A DNA stretch of 58,758 nt, counting the filler, from Sphacelaria rigidula (lineage: Eukaryota): the NCBI GenBank assembly GCA_964200075.2. It is 9 parts of 9 records of this genome, joined end to end, with 100 filler letters (N's around TTAATTAATTAA, not from the genome) between each part and the next. Parts side by side here need not be neighbours in the genome. Positions count along the whole stretch, not along the records: positions 13,082 to 19,521 come from CAXNAA020020048.1; positions 19,622 to 26,061 come from CAXNAA020020049.1; 7 more parts are not named here. The stretch is one strand, 5' to 3'. Positions 13,085 through 25,456 of this stretch are shown one piece after another. Position 1 is the first letter of the stretch, and every line of letters begins with the position of its first letter. The position numbers and the translations under genes are program-made. A model generated the notes under the pieces. The model made no database searches, was not told the DNA's origin, and worked only from the letters and a program-made list of their open reading frames with translations.

Positions 13085-13590
13085 GATGTCGAGTTTCGGA
13101 ACCCACCTCAAATTTTGTGGTCTCAACCATCATTCATCCGCATACCCCTCTGCGGAACATTTTACCGACATCACCCTCTAGTCTAGTCAGACAGCAGTGC
13201 CCCACGTGCCTGTTCTCACCAAGGCGACGAACAAGGTTCCACCTCAATCGATCGAGTAAGGGTGTGGTGCCCCACAGTCCTGTGCTCATCGGGGTGGCAA
13301 CAATTTTACACATGAGCGTTGAGTTTCGGCATCCATTTCAAAACATGTTCTCAACACTCGTCACGCACTTCACTCTGTGCAATTTTACCGACACCATTCC
13401 ACAGTCAAGTCAAGTCGCGGTGCCCCGCTCTCCTCACACTTACAAAAACGGTAGACGATTATCTATTAATCGATCTAGTCAAACAAACGCGCAAAGTAAG
13501 TCTACACTCATCAAGACAGAAATTCGTCAAACATCAACACTGAGTTTCGGTGTCCATATCAAAAATATGATCTCAGCATTGTCCAGAGAT
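13085..13590. repeat. Diverged tandem repeat, ~222-230 bp period, ~2.3 copies
   Basis: GAGTTTCGG at 13091/13321/13542, TTTTACCGACA at 13160/13383, and AATCGATC.AGT at 13246/13468. Confidence 0.65.
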
Positions 13591-13699
13591 ATTTAACATC
13601 TCGATCCACCTGGGCAACAACCTTTCCTCGGGTACATGAATCGCTATCTGCATGACGGTCACAAACACTCAAAACATAAAAACAAAGGGGTATTTGAGT

Positions 13700-14613
13700 C
13701 ATGCATAGGTCTCATGCCATCATTTTTCAAAAAGCTTCTGCGTCCGCTTCCGAACATACTGAAGAATCGGTACTACCCGACGACCCTACTGCCATCGCTG
13801 TATCTTCGTTTTCTCCTGTATTTCAATCCTGATAAGAGTGTCCCTTCTTTCCGCATATCATACAATGTCGTTCCGGACAGTCACGCGCGAAGTGTGTTGT
13901 TTGCTTCCTGCAAATCCAACATCGCCTCTCCTTTGCAGAACCATTTCCACGCCCGTCTACTTTTCAATCCCCCGTATCTCCCGAGGTCCCTTGTAAATTC
14001 GTAAATTCCTTTTTCGACTTCCCTTGCCACTTCACGGGGGTCCTGGCCAGTTACCTGTGTCATACGGAAATATTTCCCGTCTTTCACGTGAGGCGCTTAT
14101 AAAAACTGCGGCACGAACTTGTGTCAGGGAATCATCATCACGGAACAACGGCCAATTTTTCTCCTTACTGTCAAACTTCTCATCGAACCTTTCATCAACA
14201 TGAAAACAACTCTTCACGCCTAAATGAGGGTAGTATGCCGGGGACTCCTCGTTCATACTTACATGGGCGGATCCATCGCCCGTGGATCCTCGGAGAGGGC
14301 CTGATGTAATCCCTACACCGAGTGGTGACCGGACCCTCCCTGTTCCGGCACCGGCGACGGTGTGCCTTCCGTCGCCTGCCTCCCCCTCCTCGTCCGCTGC
14401 CGCTCCGGGGCCAGTGGACGTTGTCCCGCGCACTAACTGGGACACCATCATCGTCTTCAGCTCCGCCAACGGCTCGGTGATATCCGCCATCGAGTCTTGC
14501 AAGCTGGCGACATTCTCTTTCACCTCCAGCATCTCCGTTGGAGACGATGTGTCTCCTACGATAGCCGAGTGTCTTTCCGCAGTGCTCCAGTCCGCCATCG
14601 GTCCCTTGGCCAC
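13700..14613 (-). pseudogene. Degenerate gag-like retroelement ORF
   Basis: ORF 14032-14613 has a coiled-coil-like start, a low-complexity linker and 'FDSKEKNWPLFRDD', which resembles a gag F.G...W..F start. It continues by frameshift into 13881-14087. Confidence 0.35.
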
Positions 14614-15678
14614 AAAGCTCCCAAGTTGGGTAGGGTTTGGCTCTAGAATGTTTGTACCTTCGTGACCCCGAGAGAGGATGGGGTATAGACTCGACTCAGG
14701 TAGTCGATCAATGGACGCGACTGCGATAGTCGATCAATGGACACGGCTGACTGCCGATCAAGATGAGGTAGAAATGTGTATGAAGCTTTGTTGATGAAGA
14801 GGGAAGGAAGGGGAGTGGGCCCAGTAGGCGCCAAAGTCTCAGGTTGTGACAAGCACCACTCACGTATGTCCAGTCACTAACATCACAATATAAAGTCATT
14901 CCGCGTAGTACCCGGAACTCAAACAGGTATATCACTAGACTGTTGTACCTTACCCTGACTAGGTGTATCTTACTGAACACCGCAGGCCATCCTACGAACA
15001 GCGTCATGGACTAGCAGCCAATTAATGTGCTCTTGGGCCTTCGCACACACATGTTTGGTAGCGTACTCTTACATGATCAGGGCGGCGCGCTTTCCCCCGC
15101 ATTTTCCTCACGAAGTAGTATTATTGTCGTTACCAAGGATCTATCGGGAGAAGATTTTCGGACACGGAGCCCCCGCCCCCCCTCCCGGGGGGCAATTTTC
15201 CGAAAAATGTCAGGATTTTTGTTGTTGTGAATACTGTTGACGAAATCGATCAACACTGACAAAAACTGAGAAGTCTGGTGGGCTTTGCGAGGTTCGTGTA
15301 TTTGCTCTGCTCCTTGCACGCTCTGTCCCGATGACCTCAGATGCCGGCCACGCTCACACACATGTATGCACGCGAGCGCACGGTTGTGACAGTCTGCAAC
15401 CAAAGTAGCAACATTATCTCGCGCCTCGTCGAACTTGCCCGGACCACCGGTAGGCACTCGAGGCACACGACACGGAACATGACCCCATAAATATAATCAT
15501 GGTGAGTGATGAGCTTGGGGGCGTGGCATGTCCGCCATCTCATCGATCTCCATGCCGCAGGGATTTGTGTACACGGCAGCTGACTGCATCCGCCAACGTC
15601 TGAGCAATAAACTAGGGGACAGAAGGCTGGGTGTCCCCCCCCCTCCCCGCCCCCTTTTCTCAAAATCTCACAGTTTCC

Positions 15679-15917
15679 AAGGGTCTACACGTTACATTCG
15701 TTACCTTCACGTTTCACGTCAAAGGTCGTCAAAAGTTAAGCCAAGCTAGTACTACGGTGAGGGGCCATGAGGAAAGTCCTGATTTAACTTGATTTTTGAA
15801 CAAAGCTTCTCACTCCCCCCGTGGTCCCTGTCCCTCACTGTAGTACTAGCCCGGCTTAACTTTTGACGTGAAACGTGACACGACGTGACACGTAACGAGT
15901 GTAACGTGTAGACCCTT
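15679..15917. mobile_element. Foldback/MITE-like element, ~239 bp
   Basis: Ends AAGGGTCTACACGTTACATTCGTTAC / GTAACGAGTGTAACGTGTAGACCCTT, plus an inner inverted block GTCAAAAGTTAAGCC..GCTAGTACTAC / GTAGTACTAGC..GGCTTAACTTTTGAC. No clean TSD. Confidence 0.75.
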
Positions 15918-16351
15918 AATTTTTTCGATCTTGGGACCTACGTGCCCGAAATCGTTTTTCGACAGACCCGTGTTGTTACTATTATTTTCTTCTGGTTGTC
16001 CAAGCTTGATGGGTTTGCTATGTGCCTCTAAGAGGTGCTGTTATGCATTTACCCAGCGCCACGGTGGTTGTCCGAACAACAAGACTTGTTCATGTTTTTG
16101 TTAATGTACAACCCCCCCGGGGAGAGATGGGTTGGTTCCTCGAGATCATGGACTCGTCCCGAGGAAGGTGAGGGGTTGAAAGTGTGATGGAAAATAAAAG
16201 GTCGCACCGCATGTTTGAGATCGACCTGCGTTGCCGTCCCACTCCCCCCACACAACGTCGCTTAATGTCCCGTCCATACATGGCCGCTGGCGCAGCCGGT
16301 TTACACTTTACTGGCCAGAGCTGCCAGTTCACAGCCTCAAGTTCGGGAGAT

Positions 16352-16814
16352 CTACTGCAGCGCAATAAACAGGTGGAAAAAAAAGAGAAAAATATCTCCC
16401 TCTTCATTTGTTCTCAAGAACGATTGGGATTGCATTCACGGGTGGCCACTGGGGTCTGTAACCTGGCCAGTTTGGGACCTTATCCACCTTTGGTAGAGTC
16501 CACGGATTGGGTAGACAACTGAAGAGCATTCGCACAGCATGGACAGGATCGAAACAAAACATGTCTCACTCTATAGGCGGGTGACTCCCCTGTAGACTGG
16601 AGCATGCTTTGTTTCGATCCTGTCCATGCTGTGCGAATGCTCTTCAGTTGTCTACCCAATCCGTGGACTCTACCAAGGGTGGATAAGGTCCCAAACTGGC
16701 CAGGTTACAGACCCCAGTGGCCACCCGTGAATGCAATCCTAGTCGTTCTTGTGAACAAATGAAGAGGGAGATATTTTTCTCTTTTTTTTCCACCTGTTTA
16801 TTGCGCTACAGTAG
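16352..16814. repeat. Long near-perfect inverted repeat (two ~212-bp arms, ~39-bp spacer)
   Basis: 16352-16563 is the reverse complement of 16603-16814 with about 6 mismatches. A further diverged direct copy of 16580-16729 follows at 16814-16962. Confidence 0.95.
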
Positions 16815-17741
16815 GTGACTCCCCTGTAGACTGGAGCATGCTTTGTTTCGATCCTGTCCATGCTGTGCGAATGCTCTTCAGTTGTCCACCTAATTCGCGG
16901 ACCTTACCAAATGCGGATAAGGTCCCACAATGGCCAGCTTACAGACCCAGTGGCCACCCGTGTTTGTAGAGCAAAACTACTCACGGGTCAGAACCTGGGG
17001 CTGGGTAGTTTTATGGCCCTTATCTGTGTGTGGGAGGTCTGGCTTGTGTTGCGGGCCTCGCCCGCCGATTTAATTAATTCAATTCTCTCCCGGTACAAGG
17101 ATCTTCAGTTTTCCTATTTTGAAAAAATTACGAAAATCTCCTAATTCAGATGAAAATCTCCTCATTTAGATTGGCCCACACATTGCGCCACTGCGAGTCC
17201 CAAATACGCTACCATCAATTGCTGGGAATACTGTTACACAAGAAAGGCTTACGCATACGTGAGACGTGGAGGGTAGTCTACTAGATGGGTACATTCTCTA
17301 CGCAAGGCTTCTCGACGCAAGGCGTCCACGTACTCTCTAATTACCGTGACTACATCACTCTGCAGCGACAACGGTTACCGTAGCGAACCTACAGATAGAT
17401 TGGACCTCGCCTGCGTGAGTCCCGTGGTAGAAGGAATGACGCACGTAAACATAGTGCTCAGCATGTAGGTCGATCCTTGGCGGAAAGTGGTGGTGTCGTC
17501 AGCGGTCAGCAAAGGTGAAGTAAGTGCAATGCAATGATTGGGAGACGATATATACATATTTATTGCTTTCGGATTGGGTTGGAATTGCGTCGGTCTGATA
17601 TTTTTCTGGTCACAGGGGGGTGTCCCCACGCAGTTTATACTTCAATATTCTTCCACTCATCAGTAGGCTGAAGACGGGTAGTCCCGCGATCGCAGTGCTC
17701 TATAGTCTTCTATACAGGGTCATTATCCACCCCGTAACAAT

Positions 17742-18905
17742 ACGGCAGCTCCGTGCTGGCTCAATTTGTTTGCCCCAACCTGCACGCCCCCGCCTTGCGT
17801 GTCTTCTCCGATCACAGCACCCGACTACAACTGGAGTACCAGAGAAGACGCAACAAACAGCTGCACAACCGTCACGTAATTGTTTCAACTTTGTGTAGAC
17901 AGCACTTTGATTCCACCCCAATTCTGTGCAGACCGAAACACGGCATGTAGCAGTACAAACGTTCAGGCACTCTCCAGCGCACATCACACCATGTTCGTCA
18001 TAGAGTGTTCGAATTCACAACAGCATAGCGACAACTACAGCAAAGAAATGATGGGTGTGGGAAGCGCCTTGTTCGTTTGACGGAAGACGGAACAACGCGA
18101 TACACAATACACCATGAAGGTTTCAGCAACAACAACTGTGTGTACACAGCACTGCGTATCGACGAACTGTGTTCCTTCTGTTTTCTGTAAAGACGAACGT
18201 AGTGACAACATTATATAAGGCAATTTCTCGAGCAGTCCCAGCGGAGACCAAACCGCCGTCTTCGCAAAGGTCTGAACCGTCACAAAAGTTCGTCGTGGGG
18301 ATTCAATCCCCGTCACTTTCATTCCGAGGAGGGCGACTCCCCTTGTCAGCGCTCTATCGACTGCAATCAGGACCTCTAATGTTGTCACTCTCACCGTACC
18401 CTTGAGTTACTCGTTTCCCCCACTCATTCCAGAGTGTGTGCCCTGGAGTCTTTAGCAGTACACTCCAAACATAGCCGCCAGGTTATACCCCACCCTTTTT
18501 CTTTGGGCCAATTGTTTACAGGGGGTTTCTCTCCTTTTTTTCTTCAAAGAAAGTGCGTCCGACGGGAATCGAACCAGCAATTAACGTTTGTGAGGGTTTA
18601 AGAGACAACCAACTGGACTACTGACCAGTCAGCGCTGATTGGTCAGTAGTGCAGTTGGTTGTCTCTTAAACCGTGACAGAACACACCACAGCGCAGTGAC
18701 GGCCACAGCATATGAGAGAAGGCGTGAGTGTGTGCTGCAGCACAGTGAAACAGGACATGTCCCATGTAACAGTTCTTCCCCTGAATTCGGACAGGTGCTC
18801 AATTTTTGCCAAGTGCCGCCGATTTTTGAACGCTAGGACATAATCGCGCTTCGCGCGAAAATCTTTTACTGCAATTCACTTTGAGTTTCCCTACTGTTGA
18901 AGGTG
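17742..18905 (+). repeat. Interspersed non-coding repeat R2, interrupted by a 401-bp insertion
   Basis: Homologous to 48785-49500 and 47480-48030, e.g. GCAGCTCCGTGCTGGCTCA.TT and ACCGAAACACGGCA. Confidence 0.9.
18278..18678. mobile_element. Solo-LTR-like insertion (YGTCAC...GTGACA, 4-bp TSD GAAC) carrying a tRNA-like head and a 78-bp palindrome
   Basis: Absent from the R2 paralog at ~49270 (AAGGTCCGAACACACC). GAAC flanks it at 18274-18277 and 18679-18682. The minus strand has A-box-like TAGTCCAGTTGG and B-box-like GGTTCGATTCCC. Confidence 0.7.
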
Positions 18906-19813
18906 AGCCCATTTTGGAACGTCTTCCTCTCGCATTCTCTCATGTCATTCGTGAGGTTACACCTTGGGTGCATGGGACGATAGGAAAGTTGTGTCTGGTT
19001 ATATGTCTGCCCGCTACATTTTTCGACAGTCAGAAAACACTACAACCTACCAACTCTACGACAGCAACAGTAAACAGGAGAGAGAGGAGAGGATAGAGAA
19101 GAGAGGATAGGAAAATCGTGTCCGGTGATACGTCTACTCGCCACTTACCGACAGTTCGTATACACTACAGTCTACTCTACAGTAAACAGGACCGTTGGGG
19201 TTGAAGCAAAGGTTATGGCGTATATAGCACAAGCAAAGGTCATGACATACTACGTAGTGTATTGTGGAGGTCGTGAGACTCCCGGCGACGGCAGGAACCG
19301 TCGAAGGTGGCCAATGATTTTCCTCGTGTTATGTAGTCAAGGATAGACCATAAGTCGTTGTGATGTGAAGGGGAGAAGGCACCTTGTGGGGGTTATTATA
19401 ATGGTGTTCACTCCGAGATTGTTCCAGGTTCAGACCTCTGCGTACGTTGTTTGGTAACTCAGCTCAGCAGCGCAGGAGACAACGAGCAAATAATACAGAC
19501 CAGAATAGCACACTTTTATCCNNNNNNNNNNNNNNNNNNNNNNNNNNNNNNNNNNNNNNNNNNNNTTAATTAATTAANNNNNNNNNNNNNNNNNNNNNNN
19601 NNNNNNNNNNNNNNNNNNNNNGTAGAGACCAAGGCAAGCCGGTAACTGATTGAGATGGGTCAACGCCCTGTGGCGAAGCCGGAACAATCCCAACTAATGA
19701 CAATAGCAAGCGCGATAACAACGCGTCACGGAACTCAGGATCTACGAGCAGACCCGCACAGCGTATATCTTGTAACGCCTGCGAGCTTCATCACATTTGA
19801 TGGGTTGGTGTCG

Positions 19814-19994
19814 CTGCTCACTGTGCTTTACGAGTACAGTGGTTATTTTTCATGGCGGCATGATTTAAACTTCGTCGTTGCTCACTGTGCTTCACGAGTA
19901 CAGTGATTATTTTCACGGAGGCATGATTTAAACTTCGTCACTGCTCACTGTGCTTCACGAGTACAGTATTTATTTCTCATGGTAGGATGATTTA
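19814..19994. repeat. Minisatellite, 63-64 bp unit, ~2.8 copies
   Basis: TGCTCACTGTGCTTYACGAGTACAGT...GCATGATTTAAACTTCGTC units start at 19814, 19878 and 19941. Confidence 0.92.
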
Positions 19995-20017
19995 TACCTC
20001 CGACATCTCTGTACAGT

Positions 20018-20246
20018 GTGTGTTGTGTGTTGTCGTTCCATCTATTCTGGGCGCCGGTCTACACCCTTCGGTATATGTGGGCGCACCAGCCGGGGTCACA
20101 CAGGAGGAAGTCAACACAGGAGCTTTTTTTTGTCTTCTTTTTTGTTTGTTTGTCGTACCTCACCTTCCTTCTGCGGTGCTTGCTTTATTTTTTATCGCGA
20201 GGGAAATTTAGTAGTCTCTTTCCCTCGTCGACCGTCAAGTCGTTTT
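20018..20246 (-). mobile_element. 5'-truncated copy of the tRNA-headed SINE
   Basis: Body matches 37712-37925, has an (ACA/CA)-rich 3' tail, and is flanked by the 8-bp direct repeat TGTACAGT (20010-20017, 20247-20254). Confidence 0.85.
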
Positions 20247-21391
20247 TGTACAGTACTGCATGGAATAGTCCCTTTATACCAGGAACTATTGAGATTGTGT
20301 CGTACACCAATTTGTTTTTCTGATATTCTTGCGATCGTTTCTTCATTTTCTGCGTTCAGCTCGCCCCAACACCTCATTAATTAGGTGGCGGGCCGGGTAA
20401 ATGTGCGGTGTGCATTAAGCTGCATGTCTTTAGCGACGGTATCAACCACCGTCGTGATCACCAGTCTATTCTCGGCTTTTCGCACCATGAAAATGGCGAT
20501 AAGCCCATCAAATCAGCACGTCCACGGACCTCATCGAAACACCGATGTGGAACCCTTACGTCGACCCTCTCCTTCAAGCTGACTAGATCTGCCCCCGTAA
20601 GGATACATGTCAATGTTGTGGCATTTGGTTTCACGAAGATACTGGGCATACCGCGGCCGATTGCGTACCCATGCATTTGATGCGCACCTGTGAGAAGCTT
20701 TTCACCAAGGCGTTGGATGTGCTCATATTATTTTCTTTTGACCAAATCCTCACGATACGGGCGTATGCGTTAAAGCTGTCGCCCTCAACATCGCGATTCG
20801 CGCGATTCAAACAACCGCCCCCGATTTGGTATTGTAACCACGGTAGTGATCACAGCGATCTCAACCCACAGTGCGATCAATCTATGAGGCTCGGGCGCAA
20901 AAGCTTTCGGCCCAAGCCTACACATATCTCATTCTGGCGCTTTTCACCCGTATGCACAGGGACAATCATAAAACGGCACACGCCCACTTGTGGTGGACTT
21001 GCAGAACGGTTGAGCAGCGCCAAATTGATTTCTGTCCCTCCACTGCTGCACGCGCCAATTGACGCTGTTTTGAAAATTACCAAACACCGCGTTTTCACGT
21101 AAGCATACAGTGGGGCGATTCAGCGTGTACCACTGCCTTGAAATTAGGCCGTCGTCCTCTACCCGTTTTGAATACACTTCTTCGCGTTCATTCCTCAATG
21201 TCTGCTACAGGCCCACATTAGGGAACCATCGATTAAAAGTGCCCCCTCTTTTCTTTCGCTCGGCCAGTAGACACACAGCACAGAACTGAATCAATGTCGT
21301 ACGGCACAGGTTCAGGTTTGTGGTGCGGGTACACTGGGCTCGATCCGACTGTCATGATGGGTTCCATGGCAACAGAATCCCGTGCATCGTT

Positions 21392-21640
21392 AACTGCTGC
21401 CGAGATAGCCCCCCCCCGAACCGGCCAAAAAAGTGCACGAAGGCGATGATCATAAATGCCGTTTGAGCTGGTTTGGTGTTGCACGACGCGACTCATTTGG
21501 GCATTATGGCTGGTTTTGGATTGCTACAGGCCTCCCGCGTGGGCGAAATTGCTGCAAACGAGCCCAGTAATGAGATCGCAGCCGGTTTGTCCGCCGGTCT
21601 CCGGTGCACGTTTTGTGGGGGGGCTATCTCGGCATTAGTC
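21392..21640 (+). mobile_element. MITE family A, full length 249 bp, TSD CGTT
   Basis: ~24-bp TIRs (A)ACTGCTGCCGAGATAGCCCCCCC / GGGGGGGCTATCTCGGCATTAGTC, with CGTT at 21388-21391 and 21641-21644. Confidence 0.92.
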
Positions 21641-21934
21641 CGTTGCATGACTCCCAATTGCGCAATGACCAACCCTAGTGTTTTAACTCTAGAGCTGATC
21701 ACCTAGTTTCACTTCCAAGTGGTATTAATCATAGCCAGTTGGATCCTTTCTCCTCGCGGGATCGGCAGTCATGTAGTGTAAGACCTCCCGCCCCCGAAGC
21801 AGGAACACCTTTTTTTGTTGCGGTAGCTGTTACCTCTGCGACCGTTCATTGCAGGACAAAAACAATCAAGGCCACACACCAGCCCCCAAACATGCCTAGG
21901 TGCCAAGCCGACCCCTGTTACACCCACGAACGAA

Positions 21935-24508
21935 ATGACGTCGATGCCCGGTCCCCTTTTATTTGGTGAGCGTAATTTTCGAGCACGAAGCGCAACCGTT
22001 TCGAACCCGGCTTTCCGCCGCTCAGCGGGTGGGGAAGGAACCCCAAGTACAGCGCCGATGGAGCGCCACGAGCGTGACCGAGGGCGGACTGTCCTTGACC
22101 AATTCCCAATAGCCCCCGGAGCAGCCGAACGTTTGGTGCGCTATACGCGTTACCCTCGGCGGGCTCCTCCGGATGACCCTGTAGATATCCCTGATGACGC
22201 AGTTGCACCCGTTTACCGAAGTCGTGAACGGGTGTGGGTTTCATTAGATGACGACGATCCTGTCGACCAGACCGGTGTTTCCCAGATTTCGAACATATCA
22301 ACACTGCTCCCTGCCGACCCCTCACATACTATGTTAGAACCCACCACTAAAATAGCGTTGTCATCTCTTGGGTCAGATACCTCGCTGCTAGTTGGGGATT
22401 CGCCTCCTCGTCATAAAAACCCCCCGTCTGAGTCTTCATCACAAGGAAAACGTAGCGTAGTGACCGACGAGCTATCGACGCTTGACCGCTCGTCCCCTAT
22501 TCTACCAACAATGTTGTCCCCGCCCAAGACGGGTAGCGAATTGACTCAAGTGTAGCCAGATCGCCTTCACCCTTTGCCGAAAGGTCCCTTCGTTTGCCTG
22601 TACTAGATGCTGTAACCTCGCCAGCTTCGCAAATAAACGCTTCGCTACTTGTTGCGGCCGAAGGAGGTATCTCAAACCAAACGCAACAGTTGTCGCGACC
22701 AGCCACGACAACTGCCCTTCCCAGGCATCATCCATCCATACAGGACACGAAATTCAACTCTCGACAGATTCACCAATACTGCAATAGACACTCCGTGTCC
22801 CAACCCACCTTCGGACAGAAATCTTGCTCCGAAGGATCATCAGCGTGTGTATTTCAGCGCAGCCGCTCACAATCACAAGCACGGTTTGTCCACAGAGTTC
22901 TTGCCAGGATTTGGATCCGATCTATTCAGCGGAACTGCAATCATGGATGATGCCTCCCTTCCCAACAAAACTAGTGCGTCAGCTTACCACCAACTTGTGA
23001 TGGACCTGCAATCTAAAGAACTGGCAGCGTGTTGTACACAGTCAGGCTTACGAATGGCTGGTAACACCACGAGGTGCAGCCGGCGCCCCCGGGGCGTTTT
23101 AACGCGTGTGATGTTTTTGGTGAGTGATGGATTCTCCAAGTGCCATGTGTACCCGGAGGATGTGGTAATGCATGGTAGCACACTTCCCAACATGCCGAGC
23201 ACTTGGCGTCTTTCTTCGCTCTAATCCAACAGCACAACTCGAAACTTGCCCCATCCAAACCCCGCGTTGGAGCGACTAGCATCGAATTCCTGGGCCACTG
23301 TATCACTCGTGATGGTCGTAGTCCAAATCTCGACAAGGTTGCCGCACTTGCAGATGTGCCCATGCCACAGGATACATCTAAACTGCGCTCCTTGCTCGGT
23401 GGTTTGAGCTACTACCGACAGCACTTGCCGAACCTAGCCCAAATCTTTAAACCTCTCACCTCTCTCCTGAAGAAAATAAGGAGTGAAATTCGCGTTCACG
23501 TCGGTGTGGAAGGTAGATCAATGGGCATGGGTGTGCAATGATGTGAAGACCGTAACTCAGGGGGCTAGCTCCAATAAGTCGTCGTTGGATAAGGTGTTAA
23601 AGTCGAAACTATCCTTGAATTGGACTGGCCCCTGGAAAATCTTGGCGGTAGGGCCCTGTGACGCCGCACCCGACAATAGGCCGGTAGGCCAGAAACTTTT
23701 GTATTTGTATTTTCCCACTCACTGATTAAGTTGGCATCAGACCCAAATCCCGAGTATCGATGCTGAAGTGTAAATCGTGTCTGCCCCCGCATGATGCATC
23801 CGACATGCCCAAGCAATTGCCAATGGGTCTCAGTCAGTACGTGTTGACCAACTATGCAGCCAAAGCCCCCCCGTATCACATGACGGTTGAAGATGCCAAC
23901 GACCCCCTTGAGCGAGTAGTGGTAGATCCCATCTCGGGCCATCAGTTAGTCTGAGATCGAGGAGGTAAATAGCGGTTATGTAATAGGCCTATTGGAAGGG
24001 TATCATGCGTGTTACATGGGAGCGTGAGGTCGACTTACGTCACTTTCGTCGGGGAAATATTGCTGTACTGGGTAGGAGATGCCGTCCAACACCGCCCGTT
24101 GAATAAGAGATATAGGTCGATGCGCAAGGGGGCGGCCGCTCGGGAACTGGTACGAGAGCACTCGGCGCGGTTTGTTGTGGCAGGATATAGCCTTCTCTCG
24201 CGTTCACAATACATGCAGTCTTTTCACGGACAACATCTGCCGAAGGGGGCGTATTTTTGGTATAAGGCTTGGATTTACTGTGGTGGTTGGGTAAGATTTA
24301 TTTGGTTGATCCTGCTTCTGACCATTCCTACTTTATCCGTTTCCTCGATGACTCGAGCCCCGTTAAGATTCGCTTGGATGATACGTACTACACCGAGGTG
24401 CCGACCGCTCGCCGAGGATCCTGGTGTCTCCAACGACATGACCAAGGCGAACTCGACATAGCCGTTCTATGCAACACGGACACCGCTTGGGAGGCAGAAC
24501 GCTCATGA
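21935..24508 (+). pseudogene. Degenerate, internally deleted Ty3/Gypsy retrotransposon pol (RT + integrase C-terminus + chromodomain + PWWP/Tudor-like)
   Basis: RT motifs across frameshifts: 'SAYHQL', 'AACCTQSGL/YEWLVTPRGAAGAPG', 'YPED' in place of YLDD, 'IEFLGHCI', 'LRSLLGGLSYYRQHLPNLAQIFKPLTSLLKK'. Then 'KLSLNWTGPWKIL' (GPY/F module) and a tail homologous to 6542-7336. The 5' limit is uncertain. Confidence 0.88.
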
Positions 24509-24599
24509 TGCCAAATCCGAGTCTGCTTCCCCACTCACTTTGTGTAGCGTATCATGTTCGTGTGGCTGGTCTTACGCCGTAGCGTCGTTGGATAACTAT

Positions 24600-24634
<35 letters not shown>

Positions 24635-24635
<1 letters not shown>

Positions 24636-24672
24636 ATGGTCTGATGACTATGGCATGCATGATCATGAGTAC
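24635..24672 (+). mobile_element. GAGTAC-end element, severely 5'-truncated (type B), inside a C-tract
   Basis: GATGGTCTGATGACTATGGCATGCATGATCATGAGTAC flanked by poly-C on both sides. Confidence 0.8.
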
Positions 24673-25417
24673 CCCCCCCCCCCCTCCCCCACTTCATTTT
24701 TTTTCCGTACGGTTGTAGCCCCCGTTCTTCTAGTGGTTGCATATGGTATTTCGTATTTATGTTTGGCTTCGGACCTTCTATTTGTGTTTTGATTTCCTTT
24801 TCTTTTTGTTTTGCTTCTTTTTTTTTCGTATTTGTGATGTAATATATATATATATTCCTGGGGTCATGTATCGGTGTATTCCGTGACGACTGTTCCACAA
24901 ACATTCCTGATCCCGAGTCTGGAACATTTTGAACCTTCGTCGTCCGCGCCGTGCATTCACGACCAATCCGTATACTGGAACGGTCATCATGAGTCGTTCT
25001 TTTTCCTTCCTTCGTTATACGCACCTTTGTCGAGTTGGTTTATTTGGCTGTTTTTGTTTTTGTCATTGTTTTGGTCGAGAGTTTCCGGAGCGAGCGCTAG
25101 ACATACCTGACCCCGCCGTCTGAAATGTTTGCGCTCTTGTCCAATCGTTCCGCACACGACTACCACCTCCCTCTTGAGGATCGGTCGTCACGTGTCTTCT
25201 TTTTGTGTGTGTGTTCACGTCGTGTTTTGGCATCATGGGCGATAGCAACCAAGGTCGAGAGTTTGAAATGTTTTGACCTACTCGGCTAAAACACTTGACT
25301 CTACGTGCTTCGTATACGCGATCACCGCTTCCATTTACAGGGCCGGTCGACATGTGTTATTTTTTCTGCTTCATGTTTCTGATATCTTGTTTTCGCTGTT
25401 GCCAAGCGTACTCCTGG

Positions 25418-25456
<39 letters not shown>

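Noticed and set aside
14660..14851. 5' LTR of the gag-like relic (TGTCAC start on the minus strand, 16-bp internal repeat)
   Set aside because: No matching CA end, PBS or second copy could be established.
19814..19994. CRISPR-like array
   Set aside because: Whole 63-64-bp units repeat with no unique spacers, there are no cas genes, and the context is eukaryotic.
20600..21000. Ulp1-like protease relic on the minus strand ('MIVPVH', near-'HWV')
   Set aside because: Needs several assumed frameshifts and has no recognisable catalytic Cys motif.
24641..24647. CTGATGA as a hammerhead ribozyme core in the GAGTAC module
   Set aside because: It falls in the variable 4-nt loop, is absent from other copies, and has no correctly placed GAAA/UH partner.
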